A stretch of DNA of 30,120 bases from Promethearchaeota archaeon (GTDB lineage Archaea > Asgardarchaeota > Hermodarchaeia > Hermodarchaeales > Hermodarchaeaceae), in assembly GCA_048938295.1 (NCBI GenBank), contig JBHLMI010000012.1, positions 31,303 through 61,422 of the forward strand, written 5' to 3'. The position numbers and the translations under genes are program-made. Of the stretch, positions 1 to 7,880 are shown in pieces. The notes beneath the pieces are model-generated. The model saw nothing but the letters and a program-made list of their open reading frames with translations, was not told where the DNA came from and did no database searches. Within the stretch, counting starts at the first letter, position 1; the number at the start of each line of letters is the position of its first letter.

Positions 1-82
1 TTTCGGGTTTATGAATTTTTGACAAGCCGTTGAAGGTAAAGCCTAAAATTAGAAAGGGCTACACAAAGGAACTGGTGTTCTT

Positions 83-631
83 ATGCGAATTACTGGCTCA
101 GAAGAAGAAACCAAAGCCATCATCGAAGTTGCTAGACTGATGCGGCTTGCCGCACGAACCGCACCAAAGGGCAAAGGAATCGATGATCTTGAATCAATGA
201 TTTTGACAGGGAAAGAAAAAGATACTGTCGCCAAGGAATTATATAAGATGGCCAAAGCCCCTGACGATCATTGGACACGTGATGCAAAAAATGTTGAAGA
301 TTGCGCTGCATTAGTTCTCATCGGGCTAAAGGGACCGAAGGCTTTAGGCACACAATGTGGTGCTTGTGGATATGAAAATTGTAGCCAGATGCTTAAGGCA
401 GGACGAAAAGAGGGAAACTTCTTTGCTGGACCTACTTGTATCATCAAAGCATTGGATATGGGCATTGCCTTAGGAAGTGCGGTGAAAACCGCTCAAATCC
501 ATAATGTTGATAATAGGATATTCTTCCGTGCAGGAGCCGCAGCATATTCACTAAAACTCATGCCCGACTGCACGATTATTATTGGGATTCCTCTAGCAGC
601 CACGGGCAAAAACATATTCTTTGACCGATAA
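83..631 (+). CDS. DUF2148-type ferredoxin-like domain protein (nitroreductase-like fold, Fe-S Cys motif)
   Basis: N-terminal AARTAPKGKGID, Cys motif CGACGYENC plus a later C, DMGIALGSAVKTA..HNVDNRI and a C-terminal KNIFFDR, all typical of this family. Confidence 0.8.
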   Translation: MRITGSEEETKAIIEVARLMRLAARTAPKGKGIDDLESMILTGKEKDTVAKELYKMAKAPDDHWTRDAKNVEDCAALVLIGLKGPKALGTQCGACGYENCSQMLKAGRKEGNFFAGPTCIIKALDMGIALGSAVKTAQIHNVDNRIFFRAGAAAYSLKLMPDCTIIIGIPLAATGKNIFFDR

Positions 632-647
632 TTTGCAGTAGAAAAAG

Positions 648-773
648 TGGTAGCCCGTCGCGGATTCGAACCGCGGTCCCAAGGTTTCTCCTCCACTACG
701 ATTATGGGGTCCAGAGCCTCGGATGATTGACCATGGTGTATACTCGTTATGAGATATTCTACACTAACGGGCT
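648..773 (-). tRNA. tRNA-Gln(CUG) with two 25-nt introns (position 15/16 at 734-758; canonical 37/38 at 686-710) and encoded CCA
   Basis: Exons 773-759, 733-711 and 685-648 join to a 76-nt cloverleaf AGCCCGTTAGTGTAGTGGTCAATCATCCGAGGCTCTGGACCTTGGGACCGCGGTTCGAATCCGCGACGGGCTACCA. It has a 7-bp acceptor stem with A1-U72 (the archaeal tRNA-Gln hallmark), anticodon loop CUCUGGA, T-arm CGCGG-TTCGAAT-CCGCG and BHB-like junctions. A T5 tract follows the CCA. Confidence 0.93.
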
Positions 774-797
774 TCAGCGCAAGGATTCGAAGATGCC

Positions 798-1073
798 TTA
801 TTTAGTCTTTTTGCTTTTCGTTTTGGTTTTCTGTTTGGATTTCTGTTGCTGCTTTACTACCGGTTGGGGAGGTGCCGGAAACTCCTCTATCCGGCTAATC
901 AGCAACCCCGAATCAAGAAATATTGTGAATTTGTGGTCATCGTGGATAACTTCGAATGGAACAGGATATTGGGTTGCATCCTTGACTGCATCCATTGTAA
1001 CATAAAATACTGCGCGTTCACCACAGACTGGACATTTAAGTGCTTTCCAGAATTTTCGGGGAGGGCTAGACAT
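798..1073 (-). CDS. Small putative zinc-binding protein (CPVC...HDDH) with Lys/Gln-rich basic tail
   Basis: CPVC and IHDDH motifs followed by FTIFLDSGLLISRIEE; tail QQQKSKQKTKTKSKKTK. It lies directly downstream of prs on the same strand. ATG 1073 is preferred over TTG 1085. Confidence 0.65.
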   Translation of the reverse strand: MSSPPRKFWKALKCPVCGERAVFYVTMDAVKDATQYPVPFEVIHDDHKFTIFLDSGLLISRIEEFPAPPQPVVKQQQKSKQKTKTKSKKTK

Positions 1074-1088
1074 GCAAGATTTCACCAG

Positions 1089-1979
1089 TTATTTCAACTT
1101 CTTTACGGCATCAACAATGACGGGAGCAACTGAAACATGGCTTATGCCTGAGGGCACCGTGTCTGTACCGACTACATCGAGCGCGCCCGACTCATATATT
1201 CGGACCAATGCGTTGAGGACCAGGAGCGGGTGTGTACATGCAACGTAGATGTCTTTGGCTCCATTTTTCTTCAAGACTTCAATGGCCTTGATAATGGTGT
1301 TTCCTGTGCTGATGATGTCGTCGACGATGAGTACGTCCCGGCCTTTGAGGTTCAGTTCACGAGGTTGAATTTCTACGGTTTCAGCGTCGAGTCGTTTCTT
1401 AACGAGAGCGTCGTAATCTACAGATAGGGCGTCTGCAGCAATCTTTGCCCATGCTCCTGCCTCCGAATCAGGACCAATGACAGCGGGATTGTGAAGCGTA
1501 TGCTTGCCGTTCATGTACTTCGCTAGTTCTTCCATGGCACTCAGATCATGTAAGGGAACAGCTGTGAGTTCATCTTGATCAACAACCCGGTGCCGATGAG
1601 AGTCGATTGTATAGATATAATCTGAACCAGCAGCTTCGATTAGCCGGCTTACAGTTTTTAGGCTAATAGCTTCGCCTGTCTTGAAGCGTTCATCCTGTCG
1701 AGCATAGGCAAAATAGGGTAAGACGGTGACAACGCGTTTCGCTTTGAGATCTTTGAGGGCATCCAGCATAAGGAAGAGTTCAATGAGATAATCGTTGGGT
1801 TTGAGAGCCAAGGATTGGATGACAATGACCTCTTCTCTTGCGACATCTCCTAGAAATCGAATGTATGTCTCACCATCAGGGAAGTGCTTGATTTCGGTGT
1901 TCAAGTACTCAGCTTTGAGCGTTTGGGCGACATTCCAAGCGAGGAATTTAGATGGTGTACCACTTGTAACTAAGACCAT
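1089..1979 (-). CDS. prs: Ribose-phosphate pyrophosphokinase (archaeal type)
   Basis: HFPDGETYIR, PYFAYARQDERFKTGEAIS, GPDSEA, PRPP-binding LIVDDIISTGNTI, ACTHPL. ATG 1979 has a GAGGA upstream; the ORF track extends to 2027. Confidence 0.95.
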   Translation of the reverse strand: MVLVTSGTPSKFLAWNVAQTLKAEYLNTEIKHFPDGETYIRFLGDVAREEVIVIQSLALKPNDYLIELFLMLDALKDLKAKRVVTVLPYFAYARQDERFKTGEAISLKTVSRLIEAAGSDYIYTIDSHRHRVVDQDELTAVPLHDLSAMEELAKYMNGKHTLHNPAVIGPDSEAGAWAKIAADALSVDYDALVKKRLDAETVEIQPRELNLKGRDVLIVDDIISTGNTIIKAIEVLKKNGAKDIYVACTHPLLVLNALVRIYESGALDVVGTDTVPSGISHVSVAPVIVDAVKKLK

Positions 1980-2069
1980 GGACCATGTCCTCAGGAGGTG
2001 GTGTCCCTTACGTTCGACCAAGGGCAAATAAGCTTAGTGGAAGTCAATTGTGGAATTATTGTGTATGGA

Positions 2070-2867
2070 TTACTTCGCAAGCATATTCTCAATCCATAGT
2101 AGAAACGCCTTGAGGGTCTCATCTGCAATTCGCTGTGAATAGATTTGTACTGTCCCGGTTGCATCCATTCGGCATACTAGTGGTCGCCCGATGTCTTCTA
2201 TGATAGGAGTTATGAAACTGATTGCGTGAATGGAATCTGCGCTTTTTTGGACATCCTTGTAGAGGTCCAATTTATCTAAATCATGGGCACGAAGATTGAC
2301 TTCGTCGAGGCTAGTTCCGTTGAATTCAACACCTCGAAAGACAGCACGAACTAATTCACCTGGTCCTCCACCTGAAGAATCTGTTACATATCGGATAATA
2401 TTACGCATCTTCGTCCGGTTAATGTCATAGGAGTTGAGTCGCCCAGGATATCCGAGAACTGCAGATGATAATAACCAAGTCGCTGCGCTAACCGATCGGC
2501 GGGGTACATCCATGATGAAGCAGAAGCCTGTTTCTGGCCTCCACAATATTTGTGAGGTCACAGAATAGGGAACTGTTCGATATCGTCTTTGACGTCCACT
2601 AATTTCGGGAATTCGAACAAGACGTTCGTAGGAAAGGCTCAATTCGATGAATTCGGATGAGGCTTTCTGGACTTGTAATGTGGCATTGGGGAGAAGTTGC
2701 CCAATCCGTCGCGCGCTCATTCGACCACGCTGCCCTCTCTGAGAGGAGGTTTCTTCTTCACCAGCTCCTATAGGGCTTGCTAAATCATCAACTGTAAAAC
2801 GGAGTTGGATCAGTTTCCGGGTGACGGGAACTATCGCTCGAGTTTCGGTAATGTGTAGTGCCTGCAC
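2070..2867 (-). CDS. Hypothetical protein (alpha/beta, no recognised motif)
   Basis: 265-aa ORF filling the gap, co-oriented with prs, GTG start. Confidence 0.7.
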   Translation of the reverse strand: MQALHITETRAIVPVTRKLIQLRFTVDDLASPIGAGEEETSSQRGQRGRMSARRIGQLLPNATLQVQKASSEFIELSLSYERLVRIPEISGRQRRYRTVPYSVTSQILWRPETGFCFIMDVPRRSVSAATWLLSSAVLGYPGRLNSYDINRTKMRNIIRYVTDSSGGGPGELVRAVFRGVEFNGTSLDEVNLRAHDLDKLDLYKDVQKSADSIHAISFITPIIEDIGRPLVCRMDATGTVQIYSQRIADETLKAFLLWIENMLAK

Positions 2868-3019
2868 CTAAATACCTCCAACCGCACAGTGTAGGGTGCA
2901 ACTTCTATTTATTTGAAACAGTACCGATTTTAGTCGCCTTCTTCATAAGCCGATTAGAATGATGGAATCATTGAAAAAGCACAGAGCTGGCTAGGGTTCT
3001 CAGACAGGGAGGATAATCA

Positions 3020-3772
3020 ATGGCTCCGAAAAAGGAAGAGAAGAAACGTATCGTCATCACCCCAGATGAAGGAGAACATCATCACGCTCATGGTCACAGT
3101 CACGTGCATTCCCACTCTACAAGTTCTGAAATCGTTGATATCACGTTAGAAGAAAACTTCATGGACCGTAACAAAGCGCTAGCCCATGAGAATCTTGAAT
3201 ATTTCAACGAGCATGGAATTCGAACTGTCAATATTCTGGGCAGTGTTGGGTCAGGAAAGACCTCATTGATTGAAGCCATTACGCAAAAACTTGCTCACCG
3301 GCGTGATGAGATTTTAGTAATCGCCGGTGATGTTACTACAACCATTGACGCAGACCGCATCGCCCAACATGGTGTGAAGACCATTCAGGTGAATACTGGC
3401 GTTGAATGCCACCTGGATGCGAAGCTCATCCGAAAAGCCCTTGGCACCGCCGACCTTGCTTTAACCAAGATCATAATTATTGAAAATGTTGGCAACCTTA
3501 TCTGTCCAGCTGATTTCCCGTTGGGGAGTCACCTACGCCTTGTTGTAGTGAGTGTCACAGAGGGACCATGGATGATTCAAAAACACCCGGTCATGTTTCA
3601 TGAAGCAGACATCTTAGTCATTAATAAAATCGATTTGGCTGAAATTATGGATGTTGATGTCGACCAATTGGAGCGAGACGCAAAGCAAATCAATCCAAAC
3701 CTAGAAGTGTTCAGAACAAGTGTTCGAAAGGGTATAGGTGTTGATGAAGTAATCCAGCACTTAGGGTTCTGA
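3020..3772 (+). CDS. hypB: Hydrogenase nickel-incorporation GTPase HypB with His-rich N-terminus
   Basis: HHHAHGHSHVHSHS, P-loop GSVGSGKT, CHLDA, ENVGNLICPADF, NKID; GGGAGG Shine-Dalgarno upstream. Confidence 0.93.
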   Translation: MAPKKEEKKRIVITPDEGEHHHAHGHSHVHSHSTSSEIVDITLEENFMDRNKALAHENLEYFNEHGIRTVNILGSVGSGKTSLIEAITQKLAHRRDEILVIAGDVTTTIDADRIAQHGVKTIQVNTGVECHLDAKLIRKALGTADLALTKIIIIENVGNLICPADFPLGSHLRLVVVSVTEGPWMIQKHPVMFHEADILVINKIDLAEIMDVDVDQLERDAKQINPNLEVFRTSVRKGIGVDEVIQHLGF

Positions 3773-3786
3773 GCGAATTCTAACTT

Positions 3787-4182
3787 TTATCCAAAGCCTA
3801 ACATCTTTTCTAAACGCGCTGCAGTCCGTTTGAGCTCCAACAGTAAAGGACCTAAACGTGCATCCTGTTCTGTTATAAACAGAACAACCGCCAAGGGTCC
3901 GCTGTAACGGAGAAGGATATACCCCTTTTCGCATTTCACATAGATATTATCAAGTTCACCTTTCTTGAGATTGTCCATGGTCGTTGAACCGATGGAGAGC
4001 ATAGAAGAGGCTAATGCAGCTAATTCAGCTTCCCCGATCTTCGCATCAACTGCACTCGCCATGGGAAGCCCGTCAGTAGAGACAACAGCAACGCCTTGGA
4101 TGCCGTCTACGCTCTGTTCTGCCTCCCGAAGTATCTGCATTATGGCTTCCATTGGATCTTCAATATCAGGTGACTCGGTCAT
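3787..4182 (-). CDS. Roadblock/LC7 domain protein
   Basis: GIQGVAVVSTDGLPMAS, AELAALASSMLSIG, GELDNIYVKCEKGYILL and ARLGPLLLELKRTA match the roadblock pattern. ATG 4182 is preferred over 4227. Confidence 0.9.
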   Translation of the reverse strand: MTESPDIEDPMEAIMQILREAEQSVDGIQGVAVVSTDGLPMASAVDAKIGEAELAALASSMLSIGSTTMDNLKKGELDNIYVKCEKGYILLRYSGPLAVVLFITEQDARLGPLLLELKRTAARLEKMLGFG

Positions 4183-4252
4183 AGACAACACAAGGAATAG
4201 GCTGATTGGCACTATCACTTGATTCAAGCAGTTAAAAATCTGCGGCTCGACT

Positions 4253-5035
4253 TCAGGATTGCCCTATCCACCCTAAATTCTTCACAGTAACCAGTAGTCG
4301 TTCAGTGATTGGAAGCCCTATCATAATTCCTATTATGACCTGCATGAAATTGAAGGGCAATTCGGCGAATGCCGCATATTGAAAAATCAGGAGCTCATAA
4401 AGGAAGTAACCAATTATAATTACGGCACCTCCCAACAGCATAGCAGTCGCATTCCAAGCAGCCTTCGGTTCATAGCGATAAGTAATGTAAACGGTCATTG
4501 ATCCGAACACAATTCCAAAGACTACCCAAAGCCATGATGGAAGGAACAAGGGAATAAGCCACCAAGGAAGAACCTCGCTGCCTCCACTCAATTGAATTTC
4601 ACCACTAAATCGAAGGATACCAATGACAATTAGACAGGTGGCTAAACCGAAGCCAAGTACAAGCCCTAGATATCTTAGCATCTTTGATGAAAACCGAGTT
4701 CTAAACGCCCAGCTTAAATATCCGACGAGGAATCCTTCCGCTCCTTTGATTACTAACGTTGCCAACGCATAGTGAAAAAAGCCCGTCATAATATCAGCCA
4801 GCATTGAACCAACCCCACCAGCTACAGCACCGACAATTGGGCCAAACAAAATAGCCGTTGTGTAGACTCCTACTTCACCAAAATTGAAGTAACCCTGAGT
4901 GAAAGGCACATAGATTTGGAAAGCCGCGGTAAGAATCGTTACAAGTGCAGTCATCAGCGCCGTAACAGAAATTAGCAATGATTTTGGCATCTGAGGAAAA
5001 AAAAGTGATGGCTTGCCAATGTTCATTTTTCTCAC
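4253..5035 (-). CDS. ECF transporter S component (substrate unknown, possibly a CoA precursor)
   Basis: ALMTALVTILT, GYFNFGE, FGPIVGAVAGGVGSMLAD, TLVIKGAEG and NFMQVIIG are ECF S-component motifs; multiple TM helices. The start may instead be ATG 4990. Confidence 0.85.
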   Translation of the reverse strand: MRKMNIGKPSLFFPQMPKSLLISVTALMTALVTILTAAFQIYVPFTQGYFNFGEVGVYTTAILFGPIVGAVAGGVGSMLADIMTGFFHYALATLVIKGAEGFLVGYLSWAFRTRFSSKMLRYLGLVLGFGLATCLIVIGILRFSGEIQLSGGSEVLPWWLIPLFLPSWLWVVFGIVFGSMTVYITYRYEPKAAWNATAMLLGGAVIIIGYFLYELLIFQYAAFAELPFNFMQVIIGIMIGLPITERLLVTVKNLGWIGQS

Positions 5036-5062
5036 TTCTATTTGCTAAAGGAAGTTCCTAGT

Positions 5063-5989
5063 TTATGTATGTCTTGGTCCAGTACTAGCCACGTGAGAAA
5101 CAAGCAGGGCATTGGGTGGAAAGAGGTGTGCTACCGCGTGAATCACGGAATCAACCCTATCAACGTCAACCAATGCGTGAAAAGCATCACCAATCATATT
5201 CTGGGTTGCACCAAGTGCTCCCGCATCGGTGACTTTCTCTAACACATCCGCTATCCGTTCCGAGAGAAATCCAACCTTGTTTGCGAACCCATTACACAAC
5301 TTCATGAAATGTTTAGGAGTCGGGTTGGCGAGAATCTGTTGTAAGACTTTTGCCCCCTCCCGATTAACGATCTGCAAAGCGTTCTTGGAGAAAATGATAT
5401 CTTCCTTCGAAATGGGCGCAAAGCTTGCGGTCACAATTCGATGTGAGGGATCAATGGGTATCCAATCCACACGGTCATATCCCGGAGCTCCAGGTTCTAA
5501 AATTAGAATCATGCCACCTCGAATGACTCCACTGACACTTCCTAGCCCTGTGGCACAGCGTATTTCTGCAAAATGTGCAAATTGCCCAATCCTGTTTAAT
5601 GTAAGATGCATACCCAAGACACGACTTAAGGCCATGGCTGTACTGACAGCACCAGCGGCACTTGCTCCGTATCCTGCACCAATCGGAACTTCAACCTCAT
5701 GATTAACTTGTATTTGATAGGTTTCTTCGGTTTCATTGAGAAGAAGCCGGCACATCTCGCGTGTAACCTTCGCCTCCGGAGCGTTATGACCATTTATGGT
5801 AACTTGGATTTCAGTGGTTTCAGCTGGTTCAACTTTGACTTCAGTGTAGACCCCTTTCTCTAGAATAAATCCGCCACCTCTAGCTCCCACTTCATAGGCG
5901 TCTTGCAGGGTTTTCGGAGGTTGATTGGGAGTAACTGCTTGAAAGAAGCTTGAAATTCCTGCAGGGCAAAAAGCTGATGCACGCTTCAT
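5063..5989 (-). CDS. Pantoate-kinase-like GHMP kinase, paralog A (divergent pocket)
   Basis: AFCPAGISSFF, GHMP motif PIGAGYGASAAGA, AHFAE, TGLGSV, PGAPG, QNMIGDAFHAL. Confidence 0.8.
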   Translation of the reverse strand: MKRASAFCPAGISSFFQAVTPNQPPKTLQDAYEVGARGGGFILEKGVYTEVKVEPAETTEIQVTINGHNAPEAKVTREMCRLLLNETEETYQIQVNHEVEVPIGAGYGASAAGAVSTAMALSRVLGMHLTLNRIGQFAHFAEIRCATGLGSVSGVIRGGMILILEPGAPGYDRVDWIPIDPSHRIVTASFAPISKEDIIFSKNALQIVNREGAKVLQQILANPTPKHFMKLCNGFANKVGFLSERIADVLEKVTDAGALGATQNMIGDAFHALVDVDRVDSVIHAVAHLFPPNALLVSHVASTGPRHT

Positions 5990-6169
5990 ACAGTGTAACT
6001 CTTCAGTTGTTGAACTTCTTTAAGCTAATGGCAGGATGCCAGTTCAATCCAGTGTAAGGCTGTTTAAAACGTACTGCATTTAAATTTCCGTCGCATAGTT
6101 TTTATTTCACTACCAGCATCACGCGACATGCCGATGTGATTGAAAGTCACTCTACAGCAGGGCTCTGAA

Positions 6170-7087
6170 ATGAATACCGTTCGTGCATTTTCCCCCGGAC
6201 ATATCACTGGCTTCTTTCAGATATGTGATGAGCCAGAGGACCCACTGAAAAAGGGTTCACGCGGAGCGGGGGTTTCGGTAAGTAAAGGCGTTACTACCGA
6301 AGTCGAAATTGAGCCTGCTAAGTCTTCAATGATTCGAATAGAAATCAACGGAGATCCTTCCTACCATGCTCCAGTCTCCAAGAGTGTTATTGCTTGGTTC
6401 CTAGAGCTTCGACCTGAACAGAGCTATCAAATCAAAGTAAATCACAAAGTCGAGTTACCCATTGGTGCAGGTTTCGGAATGAGTGGAGCTGGAGCACTTA
6501 GTCTCGCACTTGCATTGAATAAAGCTGAGCAATACAACCTATCGCGGCTTGAAGTAGCCCAAGTCGCTCACATTATGGAAGTCCAACATCGAACGGGATT
6601 AGGAACAGTAATCGCAGAACTGATAGGAGGAATTGAAATTCGGAGTGCTGCAGGAGGACCAGGAGTAGGTCAGATCGAGACACTGCCCATAAGTGAGGAG
6701 TATCTGGTGGTCTGTTTACCTTTGGGCTCCATTCCCACCCCCAAATACCTGAGCGATCCAAATGCCCGGAAACGCATCAATGAACGAGGAGGACTCTTAA
6801 CTGATGCTCTCCGCGCCAATCCAACCGTAGGAAACTTCATGGATTATTCCCGCCATTTTGCAGAATACATCGGCTTGATCAGTGAACGGGTCCAATCAGT
6901 GCTGAAAGAAGCCGATGAAGCCGGATTCACCTGCAGCACCGCGATATTTGGTGAAAATATCTTCTCTATTGTTCTTCCTGACCAGGTTCAGCAATTAGCT
7001 GATATTCTTAAGCCCCATTGTGACCCTGAACATGAGGTGTTGGTTATGGAAATCGACTGTACGGGAGCGAAAGTCTTAGATGCCTAA
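6170..7087 (+). CDS. Pantoate kinase (PoK), paralog B
   Basis: AFSPGHITGFF, KGSRGAG, PIGAGFGMSGAGA, AHIME, GGIEIR..GGPG. It overlaps the PPS start and heads the CoA operon. ATG 6170 is preferred over TTG 6140. Confidence 0.88.
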   Translation: MNTVRAFSPGHITGFFQICDEPEDPLKKGSRGAGVSVSKGVTTEVEIEPAKSSMIRIEINGDPSYHAPVSKSVIAWFLELRPEQSYQIKVNHKVELPIGAGFGMSGAGALSLALALNKAEQYNLSRLEVAQVAHIMEVQHRTGLGTVIAELIGGIEIRSAAGGPGVGQIETLPISEEYLVVCLPLGSIPTPKYLSDPNARKRINERGGLLTDALRANPTVGNFMDYSRHFAEYIGLISERVQSVLKEADEAGFTCSTAIFGENIFSIVLPDQVQQLADILKPHCDPEHEVLVMEIDCTGAKVLDA

Positions 7088-7880
7088 ACACGAAGTTTCC
7101 CCTAAACATCCACGAGCAACATCTTTACGCATTCGAGAAAAACTCGTGCAGGGATTTGAAAAGGGCCTAACTTCCAGCTTTGGATTATTCGCACATGGTC
7201 GCGGAGAAGCGTTCGACTACCTGATTGGTGAAAAGACAACCGACAATGCAAAGCACGCTATTACCGTTGCAGCGGCATGTCTACTGTTAGGTCAAAAGCC
7301 GGTGTTATCTGTGAACGGTAACGTTGCAGCTTTAGTCCCTGATGATTTAGTAAAACTCTCAAATGCAGCTGGAGCAAAATTAGAAATTAATTTGTATCAT
7401 CGTTCAAAGGACCGTGAAAAAGCGATTGCCAAAGTTCTCAAGGAAGCTGGTGCAGAAGAAATCTATGGTCTTGACTCCAATTACTATGAGACGATTCCAG
7501 AGATTCATAGTGATCGCCGAATAGTAGATACTCGAGGATTGTTCACTGCTGATGTGGCCTTTGTTCCTTTGGAGGATGGGGACCGAACTGAGGGACTTGT
7601 TCGATTAGGAAAACGCGTTATTACCGTGGATTTAAATCCGCTATCACGAACCGCGCAAAAGGCAAGCATTTCAATCGTTGATAATGTGGTTCGGGCGATG
7701 CCACTATTAATCAAAGCGGTCGAGAGATTACACGATGAACCTCATGAAAAACTGAAAAAAATCCTCGACAACTTCGATAACCACTATAATCTCGCTGAAG
7801 CAATACGTCTCATCAATGATCGGCTAAGCACGCTAGCCCAAAACCACGACCTTCTGGAGTCGGGGGTTGAGAAAAAATGA
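7080..7880 (+). CDS. Phosphopantothenate synthetase (4-phosphopantoate--beta-alanine ligase, PPS)
   Basis: HPRATSLRIRE, AHGRGEAFDYLIGE, SVNGN, VPLEDGDRTE, VDLNPLSRT, IVDNVVRA. Confidence 0.95.
   Translation: MPKHEVSPKHPRATSLRIREKLVQGFEKGLTSSFGLFAHGRGEAFDYLIGEKTTDNAKHAITVAAACLLLGQKPVLSVNGNVAALVPDDLVKLSNAAGAKLEINLYHRSKDREKAIAKVLKEAGAEEIYGLDSNYYETIPEIHSDRRIVDTRGLFTADVAFVPLEDGDRTEGLVRLGKRVITVDLNPLSRTAQKASISIVDNVVRAMPLLIKAVERLHDEPHEKLKKILDNFDNHYNLAEAIRLINDRLSTLAQNHDLLESGVEKK

Noticed and set aside
1-33. Possible 3' end of an upstream gene (FRVYEFLTSR*)
   Set aside because: Only 10 codons at the window edge; cannot be supported.
778-792. TTCGAATCC (T-loop-like) in the tRNA 5' leader, suggesting a second, split or permuted tRNA piece
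   Set aside because: No G53-C61 T-stem or acceptor half flanks it, and the main tRNA is already complete.
727-1005. 92-aa plus-strand ORF (and the 493-696 minus-strand ORF)
   Set aside because: They overlap the tRNA gene and better-supported CDSs on the opposite strand; shadow ORFs.
3020-4182. Roadblock as GAP for the adjacent HypB GTPase
   Set aside because: The genes are convergent and HypB is a SIMIBI/G3E GTPase, not the Ras-like class that roadblocks are known to regulate.
6010-6047. Inverted repeats TTGAAC/GTTCAA and TGGCA-GGA-TGCCA in the PoK divergent promoter
   Set aside because: 5-6 bp arms are within chance expectation, with no independent support.
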